DNA of 39,208 nt, from positions 1-39,208 of the IMG/VR virus record IMGVR_UViG_3300045988_042900. One strand, written 5' to 3'. Positions 23,160 through 33,377 of the stretch are shown here, piece after piece. Both the position numbers and the translations under genes were made by a program. The notes beneath the pieces were generated by a model. The model ran no database searches. It had not been told where the DNA came from and was given only the letters and a program-made list of their open reading frames with translations. Source of the DNA: a virus. Within the stretch, counting starts at the first letter, position 1; every line of letters begins with the position of its first letter.

Positions 23160-23560
23160 TGGCGGAGATTAAAATCACTAGCCATGCGGCTGAAACACTA
23201 TTTGCACTCCGCTCGGCGTGCAACCGTGCCTTGGAGCGTTGCGGCATGCAGGCTGAGGGGTATGCACAAGCCGCGTGCCCTGTAGATACCGGCGCGCTTA
23301 GAAACTCCATTACTCACAAGGTCGTGGACAGCGAAAAGGCGGTATATGTCGGAACCAACCAGGAATACGGCGTATATGTTGAGATGGGCACCGGCAAATA
23401 CGTTTCCGGTGGCAGGCCCACGCCATGGGCATACCAGGATGCACAGGGCCGGTGGCACATGACACACGGCCAGAGGGCACAGCCTTACATCAAACCCGCT
23501 GTAGCTGACCATATTGGCACATACCAAAATATTATCAAGGATGCGATGCAGAGTGGATGA
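23159..23560 (+). CDS. HK97 gp10-family protein
   Basis: The motif PVDTGALRNSI is present. The start overlaps the previous stop as TAATG, with RBS GGAAGGAGGG. Confidence 0.65.
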   Translation: MAEIKITSHAAETLFALRSACNRALERCGMQAEGYAQAACPVDTGALRNSITHKVVDSEKAVYVGTNQEYGVYVEMGTGKYVSGGRPTPWAYQDAQGRWHMTHGQRAQPYIKPAVADHIGTYQNIIKDAMQSG

Positions 23561-23684
23561 TAAGATCATCGAAGCAATCCAGGCAATTATCCAGCGCGGC
23601 AATGACGTGGAGATACGCCGGAAGGGCAACGGCTATGTCGTGCTAGAGGTAAAAAAGACAATCAAATATACGACTCCCGCGTAA
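23553..23684 (+). CDS. 43-aa hypothetical protein (DDKIIEAIQAIIQRGNDVEIRRKGNGYVVLEVKKTIKY...)
   Basis: The start is GTG, overlapping the previous gene's end. The translation looks protein-like. It is under 60 aa and so absent from the track. Confidence 0.4.
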   Translation: MDDKIIEAIQAIIQRGNDVEIRRKGNGYVVLEVKKTIKYTTPA

Positions 23685-23707
23685 TTGGGCGCGGGAAAGG
23701 GCAATAG

Positions 23708-23749
23708 GAGCCAACTACTAAGGATTTTTTAGTGGTTGGCTCTTTTTTA
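23708..23749 (+). terminator. Rho-independent terminator
   Basis: A 12-bp stem (GAGCCAACTACT/AGTGGTTGGCTC, one G-U pair) is followed by TTTTTTAT. Confidence 0.8.
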
Positions 23750-23833
23750 TTTGGCAAAATCCGCGAGGCAATGCGGTTTTGATATCACAGTCGCCCCCGA
23801 AGGAATGGGGCCGAAGAAAAGGAGACTGAAACA

Positions 23834-24436
23834 ATGGCACTTACCAGAAAATTACTCAAAGGCATGGGTCTCACCGAGGAACAGATGGACACCATCATTG
23901 AGGCACACACTGATACCGTGGACGGCCTGAAAACGCAGGTTGCTACCTATAAGGCTGATGCGGAGAAGCTGCCTAGCGTCCAAAAGGAGCTGGACGATCT
24001 AAAGGCAGATGGCGACGGCGGCTACAAGGAGAAGTACGATAAAGAGCACAGCGCCTTTGAAACGTACAAATCTGAAATCGCCAAGAAGGAGGCCAAAAGC
24101 GCCAAGGAATCGGCGGTAAAGGCTTACTACGAAAGCAAGGGAATCACCGGCAACGGTCTGGAGATTGCTATGCGCGGCTCTAATGCGGAGATTGATGCGG
24201 TAGAGCTGGAGGACGGCAAGATCAAGGATACGGCAGCTCTTGACGCTCTGGTAAGCGGCACCTTTAAGGGGCTGGTTTCCACCACCACCACCACTGGGGC
24301 AAATACTGCTACACCACCGACAAGCACCGGCGGCGGAAAAACTAAGGACGAAATCATGCAGATCAAGGATCGCGCTGAACGTCGTGCTGCAATCGCCGCC
24401 AACATGAATCTATTTACTGACCAGAATGGAGGCTAA
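23834..24436 (+). CDS. Capsid scaffolding protein
   Basis: The product is a charged coiled coil with a Thr/Gly linker. The gene lies directly upstream of the major capsid gene. Confidence 0.75.
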   Translation: MALTRKLLKGMGLTEEQMDTIIEAHTDTVDGLKTQVATYKADAEKLPSVQKELDDLKADGDGGYKEKYDKEHSAFETYKSEIAKKEAKSAKESAVKAYYESKGITGNGLEIAMRGSNAEIDAVELEDGKIKDTAALDALVSGTFKGLVSTTTTTGANTATPPTSTGGGKTKDEIMQIKDRAERRAAIAANMNLFTDQNGG

Positions 24437-24439
24437 TCA

Positions 24440-25582
24440 ATGGCTGAAAACAACATTATCAAAAAGACCGACCTTACAAGAGTGCGTGAAATCGAATTTA
24501 CCGAGATGTTTGGCTACTCGGTCAAAAAGCTGGTTGAGGCACTTGGCATCACCCGCAAGATCGCAAAGCAGGCTGGCACCGTGCTCAAGAGCTATAAGGC
24601 TACCGGAACCCTGGAAAACGGCAATGTTGGCGAGGGCGAAACCATCCCCCTGAGCCACTACAAGACTGAGGCGGTGGACTACAAGGAAATCACCCTCAAA
24701 AAGTGGCGCAAGGCAACCACTGCGGAGGCAATCACCGACAGAGGGTATGACCAGGCTGTGCAGATGACCACCGATGAGATGCTCAAGGACGTACAGAAGG
24801 GCATCCGCAAGGATTTCTTCGATTTTATGGCGACTGGCACCGGCTCTGTGTCCGGCAGCGATTTCCAGGCTGTACTTGCTCAGGCGTGGGGTAATCTCCA
24901 GGTGCTCTTTGAGGACGACGAGGTAAGCGCCGTGTATTTCATCAATCCTCTGGACGTTGCGGATTACCTGTCCAAGGCAAATATCACCGTGCAGACTGCA
25001 TTCGGCATGAGCTACGTTGAGAATTTTCTCGGTCTCGGCACGCTCTTTATGAATTCCAGCGTCCCCAAGGGCACCGTGTATGCTACCGTTAAGGACAACC
25101 TGGTGCTGTACTACATCCCAGTCAACGGTGCCGATCTCAACGAGGTATTCTCCTTTACCAGCGACTCCACCGGCTATATCGGCATCCACGAGGAGGCAGA
25201 TTACACCAACATGACTGCGTCCGATACCGTAATCAACGGCATGGAGCTGTTTGCCGAGCTGATTGACGGCGTAGTCGTTGGCAATATCGGCACCGGCACT
25301 CTGGGCACCCTGACCGTGACCTCTGCCTCTGGCACTGCAAGCGGAGATACCAAGCTCACTGTGTCCCCGGCAAAAACCAAGAAGGGCAACAAGTACAAGT
25401 ACGCAACCGATTCGACCACCGCCCCGGCTGTTGCCTACTATGACAACGTTGCGGCATGGAGCGACTGGGATGGCAAGAGCGACCTGACCATCGCAAGCAG
25501 CCAGAAGGTCACTGTGGTTGAGTGCGACGGCAATTACCATGCGCTCAAAAGCGGCAACGCTACTGTTACCGCCAAAACCTGA
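24440..25582 (+). CDS. Major capsid protein with a C-terminal Ig-like extension
   Basis: The RBS is strong, and position and size fit. The C-terminus TLTVTSASGTASGDTKLTVSP... looks like a Big_2-type domain. Confidence 0.8.
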   Translation: MAENNIIKKTDLTRVREIEFTEMFGYSVKKLVEALGITRKIAKQAGTVLKSYKATGTLENGNVGEGETIPLSHYKTEAVDYKEITLKKWRKATTAEAITDRGYDQAVQMTTDEMLKDVQKGIRKDFFDFMATGTGSVSGSDFQAVLAQAWGNLQVLFEDDEVSAVYFINPLDVADYLSKANITVQTAFGMSYVENFLGLGTLFMNSSVPKGTVYATVKDNLVLYYIPVNGADLNEVFSFTSDSTGYIGIHEEADYTNMTASDTVINGMELFAELIDGVVVGNIGTGTLGTLTVTSASGTASGDTKLTVSPAKTKKGNKYKYATDSTTAPAVAYYDNVAAWSDWDGKSDLTIASSQKVTVVECDGNYHALKSGNATVTAKT

Positions 25583-25597
25583 TAAGGAGGCAACGCA

Positions 25598-26101
25598 ATG
25601 CTGGAAGAAATCCTGAGAACCTGCAACAACTGGTTTTTGGTGCCGGATGGCATCCACACCGGTACGTTTTCCGTCGATGGTGGCAGCATTGCGTTGCCAT
25701 TTTTGACAGATGGCCAGTATTTCAGGGTTGTCGGCTCTGTTTTTAACGACGGCGTTTACCAGTATCCACCCTCTGTGGTGGAGCTGGTGGACGAAACGTT
25801 TGACGGCGCTATCTGGGCGCTTGCTATTCCCAAATCTGTTGTTGATTTGTCGGAGCGGGTGAAGGAGTGGAACGAAAAATACCGGGCCACAGCTGCCGGG
25901 CCGTATCAGTCCGAGAGCTTTGGCGGCTACAGCTATTCCAAGGCGACCGACCCAAAGACCGGTGGAACCGCGACATGGAAAACTGCATTTGCTGATGAGC
26001 TTTCCCGGTGGCGCAAAATTGGGAACCCGGCAAAGGATGTGCCCAAGCAGAGCACCACATGGTATCGCAGGCCCTACAACCCAGACAATCCGTGGAGGTG
26101 A
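25598..26101 (+). CDS. Head-tail connector/completion protein (assigned by position)
   Basis: The RBS is AAGGAGG. This is the first gene after the capsid gene. Confidence 0.45.
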   Translation: MLEEILRTCNNWFLVPDGIHTGTFSVDGGSIALPFLTDGQYFRVVGSVFNDGVYQYPPSVVELVDETFDGAIWALAIPKSVVDLSERVKEWNEKYRATAAGPYQSESFGGYSYSKATDPKTGGTATWKTAFADELSRWRKIGNPAKDVPKQSTTWYRRPYNPDNPWR

Positions 26102-26105
26102 AGAC

Positions 26106-26456
26106 ATGAGCCTACTGGATGATTTTGGGCGAAAATGTTGCCTAATGGAAAAACGCCGAACCCCGGACGGTGCTGGAGGCTGGGATGTGCAATGGGTGGA
26201 TGGCGCAGAGTTTGTCAACTACCAGGCCCTGGACACGTCCATGGAGGCCAGGAGAGCGGAAAAAGATGGAGTAACTTCCGTGTATTCCGCCCTGGTTAAA
26301 AAATCTCTGCCCATCGAGTACAACGATGCTTTTAAGGATTTGGCTACCGGTACCACATACCGGGTTACTTCCAGGCCGGAGGACAAGGCGGCCCCAGCTA
26401 GCGCAAGCTTTGACCTTAAATTCTTCACTGCGGAGAGGTGGGCACTTACCTCATGA
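26106..26456 (+). CDS. Head-tail adaptor / head closure protein
   Basis: The call rests on size and sequence pattern (DGAGGWDVQW...YRVTS) and on position. Confidence 0.5.
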   Translation: MSLLDDFGRKCCLMEKRRTPDGAGGWDVQWVDGAEFVNYQALDTSMEARRAEKDGVTSVYSALVKKSLPIEYNDAFKDLATGTTYRVTSRPEDKAAPASASFDLKFFTAERWALTS

Positions 26457-26821
26457 CCAAAGACAAAGCGCTATATGCGTGGTTTAACGAGTTTATGCCG
26501 TTCTACCCTGCATCATCCGTGCCGGATGACGTGATTTTCCCGTACGGCACATACACCCTTGCTACCGGGGCTTTTGGAGCCGACCCGGTAAGCCTTACCG
26601 TCAACCTCTGGTTTTATACGGAATCGGAGGCGGCACCAAACCAAAAGGCGCAGGAGCTTTCTGAGCGCATCGGGAGAGGTGGAGTGCTGATCCCGTGTGA
26701 CGGTGGGGCGGTATGGCTCAAACGCGGCGCACCGTGGTGCCAGAGCCTTGTGGACGAGGCAGACCACGGCATTAAGCGACGGTACATTAACATTACTGCT
26801 GAGTATTTTACTCAGGATTAA
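26453..26821 (+). CDS. Tail completion/terminator-like protein (assigned by position)
   Basis: The start overlaps the previous stop as ATGA. The gene precedes the major tail protein. Confidence 0.45.
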   Translation: MTKDKALYAWFNEFMPFYPASSVPDDVIFPYGTYTLATGAFGADPVSLTVNLWFYTESEAAPNQKAQELSERIGRGGVLIPCDGGAVWLKRGAPWCQSLVDEADHGIKRRYINITAEYFTQD

Positions 26822-26830
26822 GGAGGACAT

Positions 26831-27412
26831 ATGAGCAAATTTACTGTGATCCCCGAGAACACATTTTCTGAGTTGCAGCTCAACGCGGGCGTGCTGCTTA
26901 ATAAGTTCACCCCGGCAACTGCCACCGCTCCTGCTGACGAGGACATCATCTGCGCGACTACAGGCGGCATTACCGTAAGCTGTACCCCGACATTTTCTGA
27001 CCTCGGCGAGGACGTCGACAACTGCCCCAAGAATACCAAGGAGCTCAAGCATCTTGACGGGTGGGAATGCAAGATGTCCACAACTGCACTGGGCACAAGC
27101 CCGGCAAACATTAAGCTCTCTCTCGGCTGCGCAGATGTTGATGGTACGGACACCACCAAGATTGTGCCACGAGTAGATTTGGCGCAGAGCGATTTCAGCG
27201 ACATCTGGTGGGTTGGCGACCGCGCAGATGGCGGCATGGTCGCGATCCAGGTCAAAAATGCGCTTTCCACTGGAGGTTTCTCCCTCAAAACCACCGACAA
27301 CGGAAAGGGCCAGATCACCTTGGAGCTCACCGGGCATGTATCCATCAGCAAGCAGAGCGAGGTGCCTATGGTATTTTACAGCGCCGCAGCTGCAACGGTC
27401 GACGGAGGTTAA
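26831..27412 (+). CDS. Major tail protein
   Basis: The RBS is AAGGAGGA. The gene lies directly upstream of the chaperone pair and the tape measure gene. Confidence 0.7.
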   Translation: MSKFTVIPENTFSELQLNAGVLLNKFTPATATAPADEDIICATTGGITVSCTPTFSDLGEDVDNCPKNTKELKHLDGWECKMSTTALGTSPANIKLSLGCADVDGTDTTKIVPRVDLAQSDFSDIWWVGDRADGGMVAIQVKNALSTGGFSLKTTDNGKGQITLELTGHVSISKQSEVPMVFYSAAAATVDGG

Positions 27413-27415
27413 ATC

Positions 27416-27799
27416 ATGAAACTGTCTGAGTATCGCGGTGATGATGCGCTGGAAGTCCTGGCGGAGTTGCTTGAGCCCGCCGTGGAAATCCTTGCTGATG
27501 CTGACATTGCCGCCGCGTGGCGGGACAAAAACCCCAATAAAACCAGAGGGCAGAAGCAGCTAAAAGCCGTGTCTATTGCTATTAAAAAGCACAAAGAAGC
27601 GGTGATTGCCATTCTCGCCGCGCTGGATCACGAGACCCCGGATGAGTACCGGGAGAAAATCAATGTTGTGACGCTGCCCAAAAAGCTGCTGGAAGTGCTC
27701 AACGACAAGGATCTGCGCAATTTTTTTACCTCGCAGGAGCAGACCAAGGGCGAACCCTCTGGCTCTGCTTCGGCGAGTACCGAGGTGCCCGGACAGTAA
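27416..27799 (+). CDS. Tail assembly chaperone (gpG analogue)
   Basis: It lies between the major tail protein and the tape measure gene, and contains a slippery site near its 3' end. Confidence 0.75.
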   Translation: MKLSEYRGDDALEVLAELLEPAVEILADADIAAAWRDKNPNKTRGQKQLKAVSIAIKKHKEAVIAILAALDHETPDEYREKINVVTLPKKLLEVLNDKDLRNFFTSQEQTKGEPSGSASASTEVPGQ

Positions 27800-28059
27800 A
27801 ATCGTTTCTGGGCTATGCCGCCGCGTGTTATCGCCGCGACTGCGATAGACTGCGGTATCAGTGCTATGTCACCGACACCATTAAGATGATCGCGGAAAAC
27901 ACGGCAAAATACGCTGGCGGTATGGCCCCATCTAAACGGTATGCTGATCTCGTCCACCCCGCGCCCGTTGAAACTCGCAGCGCTGGAGAAATAATTGACA
28001 ACATCTGCGCAAAACTAGACGCGATGGGAAAGGAGGATAGAGCTTTTGGATGTATTTGA
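27416..28059 (+). CDS. Tail assembly chaperone -1 frameshift product (gpGT analogue)
   Basis: I translated the -1 frame codon by codon: it is open from 27727 to the TGA at 28057-28059. There is no independent start or RBS for this part. Confidence 0.65.
27721..27727 (+). promoter_or_regulatory. Programmed -1 ribosomal frameshift slippery heptamer U_UUU_UUU
   Basis: The zero-frame codons are AAT TTT TTT ACC, giving an X_XXY_YYZ pattern in phase. Confidence 0.65.
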
Positions 28060-28542
28060 TCTTTGCGCCCGGATCACGTTGGAAACAGGCGAATACGAGA
28101 AATCTCTCAACGGAGCGCAATCTAAAACAGTCTCGTTTGGAGACGTGTTAAAAAATACATTTGGCAAAATCGCTAAGGCGGCCACGATTAAGAAAATTGC
28201 AGAGGCTGTATATGATGTAGGCAAGGCGGCTGTGTCTAGCTATGCCGACTATGAGCAGCTCGTGGGCGGAGTAGAAACGCTTTTTAAGGGCAGCGCATCT
28301 ATTGTCGAGGGATACGCGAAAACCGCTTACAAGACCGCTGGTCTGTCCGCCAATGAGTACATGGAAACGGTCACCTCCTTTTCTGCGTCTTTGTTGCAAA
28401 GCCTCGGCAATGATACCGCAAAAGCCGCCGAAAAGGCGGACATGGCGGTTACCGACATGGCCGATAACGCGAACAAAATGGGCACGTCTATGGAGGCCGT
28501 CCAGAATGCGTACCAGGGTTTTGCCAAACAAAACTACACGAT
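28046..28542 (+). CDS. Tape measure protein, exon 1
   Basis: AGGAGG sits 9 nt before the TTG at 28046. The exon ends ...QGFAKQNYT plus 2 nt. Confidence 0.75.
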
Positions 28543-28845
28543 AGACAATCTAATGTCCGCTGCGTGAGTGATTGCGCAGTGCGCGCGGGTTAACCTTACC
28601 AAGGGTGTGTCCGCTATTCGGATGCTAACGGGGAAACTCTAAGGGCAAAAGCCTATGACAATCCCGTGCCAAGCCTCAATAGAGGAAGGTGTAACGACTA
28701 TCGGCTCGTCACCGAGTACAGCGGCTATTGGTACGCCGTTGGAAATGCCCGCCAACTATTCCAGCAATAATGTTGGATATTTGGAATAGTTGAAGATATA
28801 GTCTAATCCCCTAAAAAATATCGGGAAACCGAGGGTATGCAAATG
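28543..28845 (+). mobile_element. Group I intron (ORF-less, 303 nt) in the tape measure gene
   Basis: Exon 1 ends in U and the intron ends in G. AGATATAGTC (28794-28803) is a J8/7-P7-like element. GACTAT (28696-701) pairs with ATAGTC (28798-803). Splicing restores ...NYT-M-LDNLKLGYGGTK... Confidence 0.75.
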
Positions 28846-31465
28846 GCTAGATAATCTCAAGCTGGGATACGGTGGAACCAAGACCGAGATGGAGCGGCTG
28901 CTTAAAGACGCAGAAGCGCTAAAAAAGAAGCAGGGCGAGGTTGCCCATTACAGCGTTGACAGCTATGCAGACATTGTCGATGCTATCCATGTCGTGCAGA
29001 CCGAGATGGGCGTTACCGGCACTACTGCGCTTGAAGCATCTGAGACAATCTCCGGCAGTATGGCGAGCGCCAAAGCATCCATTGGCAACCTGCTCACCGG
29101 TATGGTTGATACTGACCAGGATATTATTGCTTTGGGAGAGCAGACCGCCGGGGCAGTAGCTACGGCGTTTGAAAATGTCGCACCGGCTATTGCCAATTTT
29201 ATGACGGTCGGTGTTCGCGCAATTGGTGATGCGGTAGACCCAGCCAATAAAGTGTCCCGTGCACTCGGGGACATTGAGGCGGCTCAGGCGCGGGTGACGA
29301 GCTCCAACAATATCCTAGAGCTCGTCTCCAGGTATAGGGCACTGCAAGAGCAAGCAGAGAGCTCCGAAACATCGTCCAGTGAGCTGGCCAACATTGAGAA
29401 AGAGCTTACCTCAGTGAGAAACCAGCTGGCAACTGCTACCGGAAATGCAAAAATAGCGCAGTCCGAATCGAATGACGAACTTGCAGATGCAATCGAATAT
29501 GAAGAAGCGCTTGCACAGCGCGAGAAAGAACGCGCTCAGCTGCAGATGTATGAGGATGTCGCAAAGGGAGCAGCTGCATATGGGGAGTCATTACATGAGC
29601 TGTCTGTTGTTAGTGGAGAGCTTGCGGACGCTGAAAAGCAGTATTCCGATACCACCGAGAACAAGACGAAAAACGCTGCCCAGGAATACTCAAAACTGTC
29701 AAGCGAAATTGACGATCTTTCCAACAGCTTTTTTGACGGCGAAATTTCTGTTGATGAAATGCACACCGGGCTGGACGAGATTGCTGATAGTGTTTACAAG
29801 CTGACGGGCGAGAAGGTAGAATTTAGCGACATTTTAGCTGGCCAAGAGTATATCGACAATCTGGACCTTACATTTGACAATTTGGCGGATCGTACGATTG
29901 ATACTTATGAGGAAATGGACGAATTGCGCACCCGGCAGGACGATTTGACGGAGTCCACGGAATCCTACCAGAAAAAAGTCGCGAATCTCGTAGATGCCGG
30001 ATTACTTACAGCGGACGAAGCCGCCGGGTATCTCGGCATCACTGTGGATGAACTCAAAGACGTGCTGGATGCAACCGCAGAGTCTACAGACGATGTTGGC
30101 GAATCTGCCGATGACGCCGCAGAGGAACTTACAGACGAGCAAAAGGCCGCGAAAGACCTTAAAAAATCCTTGGCGGATATCGGCACCGAGGCTTACAACG
30201 CAATTGAATCAGGTGAAGACCTGCGGGACAAGTACGACGATCTAACCGGGCAGCTAGAAAGCCTAGACGGCGAGCTTGACGAAACCACGCTCAGCCTTGT
30301 AAATACCGCCCTGGAGACGCTAAATCTAGCGGCGACCAACCAGGAGCTTACGGACGGATATCCCGGTTTTGTCACTGCCGCTCAAAACGCCGGTGTATCT
30401 CTGTCTAATCTGTCTGCGTGGCTGATTGACAATGAGGTTACCGCAGAGCAGTGGGGGTCTCAGGTGTCCAGTGCTGTTGACGGCGTTATCAACAATTTTA
30501 CGGAGGTAAAGACGTCAACGGGCCAAAGCGTCGCTGAGATGAAATCGGCGCTGGAGAGCAACATTGCGGCGTACACGACATGGAACAGGGATATCGCGGA
30601 CTTAATGGCTGGAGCTGTTAAGAGTGGCGACCAAAGCAAAATCGCCTTTGTCCAGGCCCTACAGGATATGGGGATTGGAGCTGCTGCTCAGGTTGCTGCA
30701 ATGGCGGAGGACGTTGATGGGACGCTGGCCGAATTTGGGCCACTTTTTGCTGACGCTGCAGACCAAGGTATGCTGGAGGTCAAAAACAGCATCGAAGGAG
30801 GCACCGCGCCGTCCAAAGCTGCGGCGAAATCCTCGATGGAGGACGTCCAGGATGCAATGGAATCTATTGATTTTGCGGCAACCGGCAAGGACGCAATGTC
30901 TGATCTTGCTAGCGGCATTAGGCAAAAAACCGGAACGGCTACCTCAGCAGCCAAAAGCGTTGCAACCAGTGCAAAGTCCTCAGCTGGGGACGTAAGTTTT
31001 TATTCGGTCGGTTACAACATGGACTATGGAATGGCAAGCGGCATCTGGGGCGGCAAAAGCCTGGTTACTAGCGCTGCGCAAAGCGTGGCCCGAGCCGCTT
31101 ACAATGCCGCAAAGCGTGTCCTGGGCATTCATTCTCCGTCCACGGTATTTCGAGACGGGGTCGGTAAAATGATAACAGAGGGCATTTCCACCGGGATGAC
31201 CGCGCCGGACGTACTCCACGCCCTGGAGCTGGCATCAAGCGAGGTGTCCGACGCCGCTTACGACGGGATGACTGCACTGCCGTATGAGCTTGGCGTGGCC
31301 ACCGGCACCGAACGCTATGCAACGTCAGTTCGGGGCGGGAATGTAATCAACAATTACATCAACATTGATGGCACAAAATACACAGATGCAAACGAGTTGG
31401 CAGACGTGATCTCTGATGTGCTCGTGAGACGGTATAGGCGGGAGGTGGCAGCACTTGGCGGATAA
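28846..31465 (+). CDS. Tape measure protein, exon 2
   Basis: The frame is open from 28847 (LDNLKLGYGGTKTEMERLL...). The product is long and helical, as expected for a tape measure protein. The spliced product is 1038 aa. Confidence 0.8.
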
Positions 31466-32195
31466 CCCGTATTTTATCTACGACGGTGTGGACTCCCGCA
31501 CCCTCAAAATACAGATGCAGCGTGAAATCGTACTCGACGGGGCAAAGCCAAACGTTGAAAAAATCACGATCCCCGGCAGAAATGGAACGCTGGACTACTG
31601 GGATGGAACGTATGAAAACCGTGAGGCAGTTGCACGGTGCTTTATCCTTGACAACGATGCATCCGGGTATTTTGCACAGGCGCAGAAGTGGATGCAATCT
31701 CCGGTATACAAGCGGTTGGAGCTATCAAATGAGCCGGATGTGTATATGATGGCGACCGTTACAGACAGTGGAGACCGTGAAATCCTGCAAGGTGTTTTGG
31801 CCCCGTTTAAAATCAAATTTGATTGCAAGCCGCAAAAATACCTAAAAACCGGCGAGACTGCATTTGAGATCACAAATGGCGACACCTTGCATAATAGCTG
31901 GTTTGAGGCAAAGCCGCTAATCAGAATATATATAACTGGCGGCGGGGGAACTTCCGGAGCGTTAAAGGTTGGCAGCGCAACAGTCGTGCTCTCTGACGTT
32001 AGCTCTAATATTATGATTGACTGCGAGACGCAAAACGCATACTCAATAGGGCTGGGTGGCGCGATTGCCAATGCTAACAACAAGATACAGACGCTCAAGT
32101 TTCCGACGTTGCCGCCTGGGGACACAGAAATATCGTGGATTGGCGATATCTCAATCTCAAAAATGCAAATTGTACCTAGGTGGTGGAGACTATGA
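31455..32195 (+). CDS. Distal tail protein (Dit)
   Basis: The gene follows the tape measure gene. The N-terminal pattern is YDGVDSRTLKI...ITIPGRNG. The start is TTG and overlaps the tape measure gene's end. Confidence 0.65.
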   Translation: MADNPYFIYDGVDSRTLKIQMQREIVLDGAKPNVEKITIPGRNGTLDYWDGTYENREAVARCFILDNDASGYFAQAQKWMQSPVYKRLELSNEPDVYMMATVTDSGDREILQGVLAPFKIKFDCKPQKYLKTGETAFEITNGDTLHNSWFEAKPLIRIYITGGGGTSGALKVGSATVVLSDVSSNIMIDCETQNAYSIGLGGAIANANNKIQTLKFPTLPPGDTEISWIGDISISKMQIVPRWWRL

Positions 32196-33376
32196 GACCG
32201 ATTTTATACGACGAGACGGAAACGTCGTACTCCAAAAATGGGCTTGGTGTCCTGACCGATGCTATCAGTTGCGCAGTGACCCAGGAGCGGAATGGCTCCT
32301 ATGAGTTGGAGATGGAGTATCCAGTGCTTGGGATCCATTTTGATGACCTTAAATTACAGCGCATCATCCTGGCGAAACCAGATGAATCCAGCAGAAACCA
32401 GCCATTTAGGATCTATGACATATCCAAACCGCTCCTCGGAAACGTCACAGTAAACGCTCGGCACGTTGCATATGACCTCATGGGCATACCAGTCAAGCCG
32501 TTTAAGTCTACGTCGGCGCCCGCTGCGATGAAAGCTTTGAAGGACAATGCGGCAGCTGATTGCCCCTATACGTTTGAGACGGACAAAGAGACGGAGGCGA
32601 CGATGACTGTTAGCGTGCCAACGTCGATTTGGGAACTCTTGGGCGGTAGTGAGGGCGGGATATTGGACGTATACGGCGGCGAGTATGAGTTTGACCGATA
32701 CAAGGTCAAGCTACATAAAGCCCGTGGAAGCAACAATGGTGTTGTGATCCGCTACGGGAAAAATCTTGTCGATCTCACGCAGGAGGAATCCTGCGAGAAC
32801 GTGTATACAGGTGTATACCCGTATTGGACGGACACCGAGGGGGCGCTTGTACAGCTACCGGAATATGTGCTCACCGCCGAGGGAACCTACCCTGTAACGC
32901 GCATACTTCCTCTTGACCTAAGCGACGAGTGGGAAAATGCACCAACGGTAGAACAACTCCGGACGCGTGCCACTAAATATATGACGGATAACAAGATTGG
33001 CGTGCCTAGGGTGAGCTTAACAGTTGATTTTGTGCAAGATAGCCAAATTGAGCAGGTCGGTTTGTGCGACACGGTAACGATCTATTTTGAGACCCTCGGC
33101 GTATCCTCCACGGCAAAATGCGTGGCAGCAGAATATGATGTCCTACATGAGCGCTATAACAGTATTGACATTGGGTACGTCAAAGAGAGCTACCCAAGGA
33201 TTGTTGCAAATCACCAGCGTAAAATCAGTTCTACGGCAAGTAAGCGGGATGTGCAGAGGACATCGGCGAGCATCAGCGCCTCGACCAAAGCAGAGTTGAG
33301 CGGCTATGCCACTCAGACATACGTTACCCAGCAGATTCAGGCAGCGGTGGTATCGACATGGGAGGCGAGTTACTGA
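32192..33376 (+). CDS. Tail-associated protein (Tal / prophage tail endopeptidase N-domain family)
   Basis: The N-terminus reads MRPILYDETE...NGLGVLTDAISCAVTQERNGSYELEMEYP. The start overlaps the previous stop as ATGA. Confidence 0.65.
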   Translation: MRPILYDETETSYSKNGLGVLTDAISCAVTQERNGSYELEMEYPVLGIHFDDLKLQRIILAKPDESSRNQPFRIYDISKPLLGNVTVNARHVAYDLMGIPVKPFKSTSAPAAMKALKDNAAADCPYTFETDKETEATMTVSVPTSIWELLGGSEGGILDVYGGEYEFDRYKVKLHKARGSNNGVVIRYGKNLVDLTQEESCENVYTGVYPYWTDTEGALVQLPEYVLTAEGTYPVTRILPLDLSDEWENAPTVEQLRTRATKYMTDNKIGVPRVSLTVDFVQDSQIEQVGLCDTVTIYFETLGVSSTAKCVAAEYDVLHERYNSIDIGYVKESYPRIVANHQRKISSTASKRDVQRTSASISASTKAELSGYATQTYVTQQIQAAVVSTWEASY

Positions 33377-33377
33377 T

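Noticed and set aside
24437-26218. A 593-aa minus-strand ORF, the longest ORF in this part of the track.
   Set aside because: It is fully antisense to the well-supported capsid and connector genes. It has no RBS, and its composition is Gly/Ala/Arg/Val-rich shadow-frame type, typical of the antisense strand of a GC-rich coding region.
28046-28567. The tape measure N-terminal ORF read as a separate short gene, or the tape measure gene read as a pseudogene broken by a frameshift or nonsense mutation.
   Set aside because: The two frames join seamlessly only by removing exactly 303 nt. Those 303 nt have group I boundary nucleotides, a conserved J8/7-P7 element and extensive helices, so an intron explains the break better than decay does.
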